Virus record (IMG/VR): IMGVR_UViG_3300027833_001738
Coordinates: 2,912-66,911 of that record
DNA length: 64,000 bases
From: a virus
Lineage: Duplodnaviria > Caudoviricetes
Strand: one strand, 5' to 3'
The notes below the pieces were generated by a model, which did no database searches, was not told the origin of the DNA, and saw only the letters and a list, made by a program, of their open reading frames with translations. The translations under genes were made by a program, and so were the position numbers. Positions 55,574-64,000 of the stretch are shown piece by piece. Position 1 is the first letter of the stretch, and each line of letters starts with the position of its first letter.

Positions 55574-56021
55574 AGTACACGACACAGAGGTATGTATATA
55601 CGATTTTGAATATGGTATGCAGGAATGTATGGGCAATATTATAAATGTTCCTTATTTTTCTGGGTCATGGACTAAGGGTGGACCTAAATGTACTTATAAC
55701 ATAATCTTACTAAGTAAACCTTTCGATTGTCTCGCAAGAAAACTAGAAGATATTACCAATCATTCGAAGACTACGAAACTAAAGAAAGAACACGAAGTAG
55801 AGTGGCATTCGTTAAATGGAAGTAATAGATTATATACAGAGATAAATAATTACATAGATACGATTAATAATAAGTTTATTATACATCCTAGAAATTTGTT
55901 ATTTGATTATAATGTTATTTTACCAAGGTTACAATCATTTCTCAACTTACCAGATGGAACTATTCAATTTAATCCAGACGATTATTGGTCATGGTATCAA
56001 AAAAATGTTAACATAGGATAA
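55566..56021 (+). CDS. hypothetical protein
   Basis: Overlaps the radical SAM gene, 151 aa. Confidence 0.6.
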   Translation: MSEVHDTEVCIYDFEYGMQECMGNIINVPYFSGSWTKGGPKCTYNIILLSKPFDCLARKLEDITNHSKTTKLKKEHEVEWHSLNGSNRLYTEINNYIDTINNKFIIHPRNLLFDYNVILPRLQSFLNLPDGTIQFNPDDYWSWYQKNVNIG

Positions 56022-56051
56022 CAAATAATTCAAAAATATACAAAAAAATAC

Positions 56052-56080
56052 TTGACTTCGTGGTGTAAACCATGTAGAAT
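56052..56080 (+). promoter_or_regulatory. sigma70-type promoter
   Basis: TTGACT-N17-TAGAAT. Confidence 0.6.
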
Positions 56081-56152
56081 AGAATAGTGAATTGAGTAAA
56101 TTAATTCATATTATATATAATATCAATTAACAATGACAATAAGGAGCAATTT

Positions 56153-56413
56153 ATGTCAGAACAAGAAACAACAGCGGCACCAGAAGCACAGGCACAAACA
56201 TCGCCAAGTGTGACAGTGAATGACTTGGTCAATATTTACAACATTATCGACTTAGCATCTAAGCGTGGCGCATTTCAGGCTAACGAACTATCGTCAGTCG
56301 GTGCAGTAGCAAATAAAGTCAAAGAATTTGTAGACCATGTTCAAGCGGCACAAGAAGCGGCTGCGGCTGAGCAGGGTGGAGAAAATGCAGAAGTTACTGA
56401 AGGCGGTGCGTAA
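56153..56413 (+). CDS. small phage protein
   Basis: AAGGAG SD; IID.AS.RGAF.A.EL..VG motif. Confidence 0.8.
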   Translation: MSEQETTAAPEAQAQTSPSVTVNDLVNIYNIIDLASKRGAFQANELSSVGAVANKVKEFVDHVQAAQEAAAAEQGGENAEVTEGGA

Positions 56414-57063
56414 TGGCAGCCTTCATTAAACATGTAGGTAAGCATAAAGGGACTGGTACTCGTTTGAGTGTCGTCTTTATGCAACTACCTGAAGAACCAG
56501 AGAATGCATTGGTAGTATACAGTGATTCTTTGCCAGACAAATATCATCAATCTTTTATGGATGCTATCGAATCTAAAGAAGGTCAATCTTCAAAAGAGTT
56601 ATATGAAGTTCTAACTCGTAAAGTATTTCAAAACGGCCAAGGCATGTTAGATACACTACACAAAGAAGGTTATCTAGGAAAAGTAGCGGCAGACCAAATT
56701 GTTATGACACCTAACTCTGCTACCGTTATACCTTTACCTCAGTTGTTATCGGAAATGTCAAAGATTGTTGGTGAAGATGCAGTTGGTGTGAAAGAAGAAA
56801 AAGGTCAATCTTTTACTGAAAATGTACAAGAGCAGATTGATACAGATGCGGCTGGTGATAACAAAAAGATTGCACAGAACTTACTAATTCAAGCAATGCT
56901 TTTGGAAAAAGAAGCAGAAAAGAAACGTGCTGAAGCGGTAAGATTTGACCCGTCTCTAACTGAGAAGGCTGAGAAACCTGCTAAAAAAGGTAGAGGTAGA
57001 CCTGCAGGAACTACAGCAAAAGCAATGGCGGCAAGAGCAAAAGCAACTGTGCCAACAGAATAA
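56413..57063 (+). CDS. phage protein with a C-terminal AT-hook-like KKGRGRP
   Basis: KHVG, V.F..LP....ALV, LH..G.L.KV....MTP; basic tail. Confidence 0.75.
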   Translation: MAAFIKHVGKHKGTGTRLSVVFMQLPEEPENALVVYSDSLPDKYHQSFMDAIESKEGQSSKELYEVLTRKVFQNGQGMLDTLHKEGYLGKVAADQIVMTPNSATVIPLPQLLSEMSKIVGEDAVGVKEEKGQSFTENVQEQIDTDAAGDNKKIAQNLLIQAMLLEKEAEKKRAEAVRFDPSLTEKAEKPAKKGRGRPAGTTAKAMAARAKATVPTE

Positions 57064-57095
57064 GTATACTTACAACTTAGAGAGGCATCAAAATA

Positions 57096-57455
57096 ATGGA
57101 CGACCCAGACTTTGATAAGTTAATGGATGAAATATTTCCAATGAGTATTCCTACAGAATATGTAGAAAGTATACTAGTAACATTAGCAAGTGGACAAGAG
57201 ATTGAAATGTCAGGTGATGAATTATTACATCCACTGCCACTTGCTGATGATTTAAACTGGGAAAGTCTTGTGCATCGATTTGATAAAATTGCTGATGTTC
57301 AAGTAAAGATTGACGTAGAAAAGATTAAACATGATGTAGCCATCAATGTAAAAACAATCTTTGATAATCACTTTGATGATGATGATGTAGATACTGGAAC
57401 GATTGATGGTGAAATCGAAGATGAGAATAAGGACACATTGATAGACAATGATTAA
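57096..57455 (+). CDS. acidic hypothetical protein
   Basis: GAGG SD, 119 aa. Confidence 0.7.
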   Translation: MDDPDFDKLMDEIFPMSIPTEYVESILVTLASGQEIEMSGDELLHPLPLADDLNWESLVHRFDKIADVQVKIDVEKIKHDVAINVKTIFDNHFDDDDVDTGTIDGEIEDENKDTLIDND

Positions 57456-58014
57456 TATGATATTGGCTGCCGATGAGGTTGGTGGTATTGGATTTAAAAA
57501 CGGACTACCATGGCCAAAAATCAAAGAAGATTTAAACTGGTTTAGACAACTAACTGAAGAAAATGTAATAGTTATGGGGTCTACCACTTGGAAAAGTCTT
57601 GGTATTCATGCACCATTAAAGCACAGACATAACTATGTAATCAGTTCAACTCATAGTAAAAATGATTTTCCTGGTTGTTTTGCAGTTCGTAATCCAAAGA
57701 TAGATTCAGTTGAAGTAATTCTTAAAGAATTAGATTTTTCATATCCAGAACAAGATATATTTGTAATTGGTGGTAAAACTCTCTATGATGAAGCAATACG
57801 ATACTGTGATGCTTTATTTCTTACTAGAGTCCACGACTTATATCACACAGACACAGTAGTAGACTTAGATTACTACACTAAGGACTTTGTTATATTAAAT
57901 CAGATGTATGCTCAAGGCAACCAAAATACACCAGATATAACCTTTGAAACATACCTAAGACAAGAAGAATATCAGCAATTAGAGTTCGATTGGGATGATG
58001 ATATCCCGTTCTAA
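57448..58014 (+). CDS. folA: dihydrofolate reductase
   Basis: ILA.D..GGIG..NGLPW, DL.WF..LT, VMG..TW.S, PL..R, VIGG. Confidence 0.92.
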   Translation: MINMILAADEVGGIGFKNGLPWPKIKEDLNWFRQLTEENVIVMGSTTWKSLGIHAPLKHRHNYVISSTHSKNDFPGCFAVRNPKIDSVEVILKELDFSYPEQDIFVIGGKTLYDEAIRYCDALFLTRVHDLYHTDTVVDLDYYTKDFVILNQMYAQGNQNTPDITFETYLRQEEYQQLEFDWDDDIPF

Positions 58015-58081
58015 CTGGCAAAATATGATAAATAAGAGTAGTAATAACTAATTAACTTTATCGATACCTAGGAGTAATAAT

Positions 58082-58399
58082 ATGATAAAAGAGAGCGTAA
58101 TAATCACACCACATACTGATAAAGCATATGATTCAGTTGACGCATTTTATAGTGAAAATGACTATGATAGTTATAGAGACCACTTTAGAACATTCTTGGC
58201 AGACAAGGGCGTTGACATTACTGATGAAGCAGTATATATGACTGCATTAGTTGATGGTGATTCTAAAGTGAAAATTACAATAGCATTCGCAGACGAGGCC
58301 CAACAAACTGAGTGTAATGGCGATGACTATCAAAGTATGTTAGCAATGGAACACACAATGCCAGCATCAGAAGATTTATCTTCTGACCACTTATTCTAA
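58082..58399 (+). CDS. acidic hypothetical protein
   Basis: Late promoter at 58027, AGGAG SD. Confidence 0.7.
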   Translation: MIKESVIITPHTDKAYDSVDAFYSENDYDSYRDHFRTFLADKGVDITDEAVYMTALVDGDSKVKITIAFADEAQQTECNGDDYQSMLAMEHTMPASEDLSSDHLF

Positions 58400-58400
58400 A

Positions 58401-59021
58401 TCAAACAGTATTATGCCTATTCCAGGTATGATATGATTTCTTTGTACTACCGTCTTTAGGCGGTAGACAAAACACCATGTGAAATCTAAGATGCTCACCT
58501 GCATTTAAGGCAGTATGTCTCTTGGTTGTATCTACCAAATAGGTAGTACTCTCATGTAACTTTTCAGTCTTATCATCTATTATCATAAAACATCCATCAT
58601 TTGTCACTAATGGCAAATGAATTCTGGGTGTTTCATCATAGTGATATGTTAAGCATGATTTCCAGTTCATCATCATATATCTACCACGAACTGCTCCATA
58701 CTCTTTAAAAATAGTATTGATTACTTCTTCCGTGTATGTGCCTTTTAAGTAATCACAAACTTCTGAAAAATCTTCTTCTTGTAATATTACATCTCGTACT
58801 TTAGGTTTTGAATTTGGGTCAGTGGAATCATGGTTGTCATAGTCTACGTATAAACTAAGAGTTCCTTTTAGTCTTTGTTCTTCTTCTGGTGTACCTGACA
58901 TAGTTTGAAGCATCATCTGACCATTGTTCTTAATCAAAAATTTCTCAATATCCATATCATTGAATTCTTTTCTAAGTTTATCATAGTCGATATTTAATTC
59001 TAGTTCAGTAACATTACTCAT
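58401..59021 (-). CDS. Asp/Asn beta-hydroxylase-like 2OG-Fe(II) oxygenase
   Basis: R.R.M, YHYD, RIHLPL.TN, DT...HTA.N.G...R.H.V. Confidence 0.8.
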   Translation of the reverse strand: MSNVTELELNIDYDKLRKEFNDMDIEKFLIKNNGQMMLQTMSGTPEEEQRLKGTLSLYVDYDNHDSTDPNSKPKVRDVILQEEDFSEVCDYLKGTYTEEVINTIFKEYGAVRGRYMMMNWKSCLTYHYDETPRIHLPLVTNDGCFMIIDDKTEKLHESTTYLVDTTKRHTALNAGEHLRFHMVFCLPPKDGSTKKSYHTWNRHNTV

Positions 59022-59025
59022 GTCA

Positions 59026-59931
59026 TTATTCCTTATCCAATTCTAATTGTATAGCATTCTGTATTTCATCTGTTATACAAATTTTGTTTCCCTTTTCATC
59101 ATGGACCCACATCCATATTTCTAATGCAGTATATCCTGGATTATTGTTAACATATTCTTCTTGTATCATCTTTGCTGGTGCAGTTACGTATAATGGTCCA
59201 AACTTTGGTAAGATTGCATTTGCCACAGTTACTGCATTGATATTATAATAGTTATAGTTCATTAGTTTACTTACGGGAATAGTCAAACTTGGTGCTATAT
59301 CATTACCAAACAATATTCCTGCTCTTATACCACCCAATAGAAACGACTTACTAAGACTGAATGCGACACAATCTATAACAGGATTCTCAACATTCATAGT
59401 CTCTAAAGACGTTCCATAGAATGCACAGTCCAAGAATATCTTACTATTTGTTCTTTCACATTGCTTTATTAGTTCAGGAAACCACGTTGAAATACTTCCT
59501 GTATGATTAGGTTGACTAATGATTATGTAACTGTTTTCTTCTATCGTCTCTAGGTCCGTATGGTGGATACACTCCACCGTATATGGAGACAATAAAGCAG
59601 TATAAAACATATAGTCATCATTGAAGTAATAAAACTTGTTAACTGTTTTAGATTTGTATGCAACTTGATTGATAATAGCATCATGGATTCCATTACAAAA
59701 TGCCCATTCACTAAACTTATCTACACCAGAAAATCTATATGTCCAATCTAACCAATTAGAATAGTAATCATCTAGTTCATCCGATGTACCTTTGTTCTTC
59801 ATATGCAAACTGTCTAATACTTTTCTGACCTGATTTGGACAAAAACTATGCACTGAACCTTCAGGCGAAAGTGTCGATGCTGGATACTTTCCTCTTTCTA
59901 ATAAGTACATTGAGTATGAATTTGCTAACAT
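59026..59931 (-). CDS. PLP-dependent fold-type-I enzyme (aminotransferase-like)
   Basis: SQPN..G, FLDCAF, FSLSKSF...G.R.G (PLP lysine). Confidence 0.75.
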   Translation of the reverse strand: MLANSYSMYLLERGKYPASTLSPEGSVHSFCPNQVRKVLDSLHMKNKGTSDELDDYYSNWLDWTYRFSGVDKFSEWAFCNGIHDAIINQVAYKSKTVNKFYYFNDDYMFYTALLSPYTVECIHHTDLETIEENSYIIISQPNHTGSISTWFPELIKQCERTNSKIFLDCAFYGTSLETMNVENPVIDCVAFSLSKSFLLGGIRAGILFGNDIAPSLTIPVSKLMNYNYYNINAVTVANAILPKFGPLYVTAPAKMIQEEYVNNNPGYTALEIWMWVHDEKGNKICITDEIQNAIQLELDKE

Positions 59932-60524
59932 TAGTTCTTCTCAAAGATATGACAGTATACACTCAATCGTTGTTCGCTAGGACCTATGTACATATCTGGG
60001 TTTCCATGTAATTGTGTTTTGTTATTAAGCATCATATATCCTGTGTTTTGAATACAATCAAATTGATGCCTAACTGGTGGGACTTCCGTGTCTTTATAAT
60101 AGTATTTTTGAGATGTATCTTTTTCAATAATTTTACTTTCATCTACATTAAAAAATATAGTAGGAGAACTATCATTATTCGTTAGGTAAACTTGTAGAAC
60201 ACGGTCAACTCTTGGATTATCAATATGTCTGTTCATAGAAAAACCCTCCAAGTCTAACCAAAACACACCCCATATTTCTGCAATTTCAATTTCTAATAAT
60301 TGTTCTACAATATCTTTTTTGGAATTTATGTGATTATTGATACGGTCAAAAACACTGTTGGGTTCAACTACAATACATCTTCTATTCTTATCTGCCTGGC
60401 TTTTTTGAGGTTCATATGGCAAATCCATTAGATTTAATTGTGAAAGTTCATGTATTAATTCTTCTGATACTACATCTTTTATTGCAAACAGATTATTTAA
60501 ATCATCTATTGGTCTTATATTCAT
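59931..60524 (-). CDS. 2OG-Fe(II) oxygenase
   Basis: W.D..GF....HID, QVYL, N.GY...N....HG, R.S.Y. Confidence 0.8.
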   Translation of the reverse strand: MNIRPIDDLNNLFAIKDVVSEELIHELSQLNLMDLPYEPQKSQADKNRRCIVVEPNSVFDRINNHINSKKDIVEQLLEIEIAEIWGVFWLDLEGFSMNRHIDNPRVDRVLQVYLTNNDSSPTIFFNVDESKIIEKDTSQKYYYKDTEVPPVRHQFDCIQNTGYMMLNNKTQLHGNPDMYIGPSEQRLSVYCHIFEKN

Positions 60525-60557
60525 TTGTCTTTCCTTTCATAATGAATAATTTAATAG

Positions 60558-60713
60558 TCACTTCTTAATCTTCTGCTCTGTGTACTTACAATGTTTACGT
60601 ATATATGGGTCATACATATTCAACGCCATCTTTTCTGGATGTAATCTTTTATTCTTATGTCGTGTATAAAAATGTGCCGACTCTGTTGATTGCATTCTTA
60701 TTTTTTCTCGCAT
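60558..60713 (-). CDS. small basic protein (51 aa)
   Basis: [17 protein letters not shown]...YDPYIRKH; weak resemblance to ribosomal protein bL33. Confidence 0.55.
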   Translation of the reverse strand: MREKIRMQSTESAHFYTRHKNKRLHPEKMALNMYDPYIRKHCKYTEQKIKK

Positions 60714-60735
60714 AGTTTCCTTTTTAGTTCCGTTA

Positions 60736-61422
60736 TTACCATGGTTTGTACCATTTCTTTTTCTTGCCCTTTGGAGTTGGCGCAAATGGTGCCGCTACTG
60801 CTTTTGTAACTGTTGCAACAGGTTTAACAATTACTGTGTCAACTGCTTTTGCAACTGGTCTTGTGTCAACTGTAACTTGTGGTGATAGTGTAACACCAAC
60901 ACCTAGTGCTAATTTAACATCTGCACCCACTGTTAGTTTACCATCATCAACTGTTGCACCGCCGCCTACTTTAGCACCAATTTGTGGTCCTACTGAAACT
61001 TTAGCACCAATTCCTGCATTGTTTCTATCACTACCTACTGTAGTAGATGCTCCAACTTCTGCACATGAACCTGCGATGGCTCCTGCGTGTGCTTCAGCAC
61101 CATTAGTTCCAATGCTACCGCCTACGCCTACATCTGAATACACTTTTGTACCCGCATGTGCTTCACTCTTAACTCCTACTCCACCTACTTTAGTTTCATT
61201 CTCAACATTTGAGTATGCACCGGCTTCGGCATGTGCGCCTACATTTGCACTCGCATTGCCTTTCTTCGCCTTTGCTTCTGCACTTGCTTCTGCATCTGCG
61301 TAAGCACCTGCATTTGCTGTAGTGCCTTTACCTAGATTTGCTTTTGTATTGGCTTCTGCACCTGCTTCTGCTGATGCACTACTTTTGCCCGACTTTGCTT
61401 TCGCTGTTGTATCTGTTGCCAT
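60736..61422 (-). CDS. Gly/Ala/Val-rich repetitive protein
   Basis: AGGAG SD; AEAGA/AHAG repeats; ends KKKKWYKPW. Confidence 0.75.
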   Translation of the reverse strand: MATDTTAKAKSGKSSASAEAGAEANTKANLGKGTTANAGAYADAEASAEAKAKKGNASANVGAHAEAGAYSNVENETKVGGVGVKSEAHAGTKVYSDVGVGGSIGTNGAEAHAGAIAGSCAEVGASTTVGSDRNNAGIGAKVSVGPQIGAKVGGGATVDDGKLTVGADVKLALGVGVTLSPQVTVDTRPVAKAVDTVIVKPVATVTKAVAAPFAPTPKGKKKKWYKPW

Positions 61423-61424
61423 TT

Positions 61425-61538
61425 TTATCTCCTACGGATAGCCTCATGGAATTTAACCATCTTTTCTAACGCTTCTATTCGTTTGTTTAATTGTTTAATT
61501 TCCTCTAACAATTCTTCAATCGTTCTCTCAATATTCAT
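61425..61538 (-). CDS. 37-aa coiled-coil peptide, absent from the ORF track
   Basis: MNIERTIEELLEEIKQLNKRIEALEKMVKFHEAIRRR*, fills the intergenic gap exactly. Confidence 0.6.
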   Translation of the reverse strand: MNIERTIEELLEEIKQLNKRIEALEKMVKFHEAIRRR

Positions 61539-61541
61539 ATT

Positions 61542-61817
61542 TTATTTTTTAATAGATTTCTTTTTCGCTTCTTTTAGTTTTTTATCTAACACATAGTCTT
61601 TTCTAGTGCCACGAGGCTTCTCGGCTGATTTTGCATTCTTAGGAGCCTTGGTTTGCACCTCCTTAATAGGCTTCTCAGTAATTGCTTTTTCTGTACTCTT
61701 ATTTAGTTTCTTTCCTTTGCCAGATAGGTATACTGGCGCTTTATTTTCACCTCTGTATGTCGCAGGGTCTACTCCTTTTCCAAAGAATAGTTCTGTCAAT
61801 GAAGGTAGTTTTAACAT
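61542..61817 (-). CDS. Lys-rich hypothetical protein
   Basis: ATG 61817 after AGGAG. Confidence 0.7.
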   Translation of the reverse strand: MLKLPSLTELFFGKGVDPATYRGENKAPVYLSGKGKKLNKSTEKAITEKPIKEVQTKAPKNAKSAEKPRGTRKDYVLDKKLKEAKKKSIKK

Positions 61818-61818
61818 G

Positions 61819-62997
61819 TTATTTCTCCTTTTTAAATGATATATCACCCGGATATATAGGTACCATTGCTCCAGGTTTACGTTTTGGTATCTTACTATCT
61901 GCACTACTTACACAACTTTCACTAATACAAACTCTTGGTTTGTCAAATAGTTTAAAGCCACTCTCTACATACCCTAATGGTTCATCCGCACAACTGTATG
62001 AACGTTTTATACTACCATCTGGTTCTCTGATAATGATACCTTTGAACCCACTAGTACATTCCCATCCCTTAAACTTATTAAAGTTAAAAGCATTGAAACG
62101 TTCTGCTTGGTCCATGTACCATTTCTTTCCTTTACTGTCTTGGAATTCTACTTGCATTTGGTGTGGCACTGATTTGTCATCACCATTTATCGCATCCATT
62201 CTCCACATACTACCTGATTTAGGTTTTGGTCTTACTACTTTTATGCCAGTTTCTTCTTGTAGTTTAGATGTGAAGTCTCTTTGTGGCATGCCTTTACGCA
62301 TTGTTTTTAATTGTTCGTCTGTGTAACCAGATACTACAAAAGATGCAGTTGGGTCACTCTGTGGTTTTAATGTAACATTTATGCCACGATTATGAAAGTA
62401 TAAGGCTCTATTCCAGTCACGGTCAAACCACTCAGGAACGAGGACCATGTTGATTGTTACATGTACATCATGTTCCATACAGTACAACAACTTATCAGCA
62501 AACTCTTCTTCTTTCGCATACTCACTGTGGAATGATGCGGTGATACTTGCTCGGTGCATTTTTGCAACTGTTTTACAATAGGTTTCATGCCACTTCATAT
62601 TACGTGACATGTTAGTTGTCATATGAACAGAAGTATAATTAGTATTATCCACATCTCCAGCGAGGTGATTGAGGATGTCCAAATAGCCAGGATGAAAAGT
62701 AGGTTCACCACCAGATAAAGAAAAGTGAAAAGAGTTAAATCCATTTTGTCTTGCTTGCCTTTTTATTTCGTCTATTGTTGCTAAACATAAGTCAGTTGGT
62801 CTGTGGTCTTTACGGTCACTTCTAGCATACGGCCAACAATAAGAACACTTATAGTTACAGAATCTTCCCAGTAACCAACTCACTGAAAACAAATCTCTGT
62901 ATAAAAGAGTTCGTTGTCCTACACTAACGAGGTCATCGAATGGTATTTCTGTGAAGTCATATTGTGACCAATATAATTCGTCTGTTTTATCACTCAT
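61819..62997 (-). CDS. radical SAM protein
   Basis: W.LGR.CNYKCSYC, SGGEPT, T.N.SR, SFH.E, W.C..G, C....C.S.AD. Confidence 0.9.
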   Translation of the reverse strand: MSDKTDELYWSQYDFTEIPFDDLVSVGQRTLLYRDLFSVSWLLGRFCNYKCSYCWPYARSDRKDHRPTDLCLATIDEIKRQARQNGFNSFHFSLSGGEPTFHPGYLDILNHLAGDVDNTNYTSVHMTTNMSRNMKWHETYCKTVAKMHRASITASFHSEYAKEEEFADKLLYCMEHDVHVTINMVLVPEWFDRDWNRALYFHNRGINVTLKPQSDPTASFVVSGYTDEQLKTMRKGMPQRDFTSKLQEETGIKVVRPKPKSGSMWRMDAINGDDKSVPHQMQVEFQDSKGKKWYMDQAERFNAFNFNKFKGWECTSGFKGIIIREPDGSIKRSYSCADEPLGYVESGFKLFDKPRVCISESCVSSADSKIPKRKPGAMVPIYPGDISFKKEK

Positions 62998-63973
62998 GTA
63001 TGAAATCTCTCCAATTAGTTCCGTGTATTTTATCCATTATTTCACTTTGTTCTATCAACTGTTCTCTTAGTAATTTATCTTCCATTGCATCTGGCGACAT
63101 AAACGCAGGTCGTATAACTGGTGTCGATGAGAAACAATCAATTTTATTATCATTGCACCAATCTAATATTTCATGCATATGCTTGTGATTAAAAACCATA
63201 GGCAAAACTGATACTGTCACATGAGAATTACTTGGTTTTAATTTATTGAACTTCACAAGATTTTCACTCGTTTGTTTCCAACTTGAACCTGGTCGTATAT
63301 ACTCATAGCGTTTGCCTATTGCTTCAATACTCACATTTATCTGTATTCTTTTAAACTTCTCAAACAAATGATTCCAGTCTGTCATATCATAACTTCCATT
63401 TGTTATCAATTGTACTTCAATATTAGAAGAAACTCCTTCGTCTATTAGTCTTTGTATAATCTTTTTTACTTGTGGTATCATAAATGGTTCACCACCTGTA
63501 AACTTTACAACTTTTGCATCTAACATAAGATGGCTAAACTCTAATGCTTTTTTTGTCCAACGTGTCTTTGGTTCTTCGTGTCTTGCTTCGTATCCGTACC
63601 AATTATATTCTTTATTATCTCTTATGAGATTTGCCCATTTACTACTACTTCCTGGATGACACATTCGACAAGCAAAGTTACAAGTATTGTTTATCTTTAA
63701 ATCCCAATGCTTAATGCCAGTTTCACCTTTGAACTGGTCATTGTATGTTGTTCGTAAACTTATACCTGTTAGTTCTTCACTTAGTTTACATTCAGCACAT
63801 CCATCTAGCCATTCTGTCTCGCTTCTCTTACCCCATTCAGCATGTCTTGTTTGCCAATCATCATCAAAATATAAAGGCTTTTCGTCTTTATTTGATAACC
63901 ATGCACAGCACGGTCTTATAGAAGACGTTGTGTCTATCACTACTCCGTGTTTAAATATCGCACACTCTGGCAT
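62990..63973 (-). CDS. radical SAM protein with an N-terminal twitch/SPASM-like domain
   Basis: PCC...GC.EC; N.CNFACRMC....SS.W, TGGEP, TNGS, Y.YIR....W. Confidence 0.9.
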   Translation of the reverse strand: MPECAIFKHGVVIDTTSSIRPCCAWLSNKDEKPLYFDDDWQTRHAEWGKRSETEWLDGCAECKLSEELTGISLRTTYNDQFKGETGIKHWDLKINNTCNFACRMCHPGSSSKWANLIRDNKEYNWYGYEARHEEPKTRWTKKALEFSHLMLDAKVVKFTGGEPFMIPQVKKIIQRLIDEGVSSNIEVQLITNGSYDMTDWNHLFEKFKRIQINVSIEAIGKRYEYIRPGSSWKQTSENLVKFNKLKPSNSHVTVSVLPMVFNHKHMHEILDWCNDNKIDCFSSTPVIRPAFMSPDAMEDKLLREQLIEQSEIMDKIHGTNWRDFIHE

Positions 63974-64000
63974 TACTGTTTCCTACTTATGGCTCATCCC

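Noticed and set aside
1-64000. Alternative genetic code (stop-codon reassignment), as seen in some large phages
   Set aside because: Conserved genes (PolB, metK, clpA) are full length in code 11, and TAA, TAG and TGA all end genes at natural boundaries; no suppressor tRNA was seen.

Overview
This window is 64 kb of an AT-rich, densely coding genome of a large T4-like ('jumbo') myophage, read in the standard genetic code and probably infecting an aquatic proteobacterium (inferred). In order it holds: a tRNA cluster (Leu-UAA, Arg-UCU, Pro-UGG, an atypical CAU tRNA) with a candidate structured ncRNA; phoH; IF-1; spanin-like genes; DnaJ and ClpA; tail-fibre and virion genes; an HscB-like/ErpA/ACP trio; an envelope module (porin, TolQ/ExbB-type motor, SbmA); a cluster of late-promoter 'string-of-beads' proteins punctuated by [VILM]-x-E motifs; replication genes (PolB, clamp, RNase H); apt and metK; a MoxR/VWA pair separated by an AMP-ligase/halogenase/GNAT/ketosynthase operon; a ppGpp-hydrolase-like HD gene; a PiT-like transporter; HNH; DHFR; and a minus-strand operon of radical-SAM, 2OG-Fe(II) and PLP enzymes around a Gly/Ala-rich protein. 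The most notable candidates are (1) a phage-encoded halogenase/ketosynthase biosynthetic operon, (2) putative capsid-packaged polyproteins cut into effector modules by the prohead protease, (3) a radical-SAM/oxygenase operon with a possible substrate protein, supported by SAM and Fe-S supply genes, and (4) several unnamed RNA structures. All calls come from motif reading by eye; no database searches were run.
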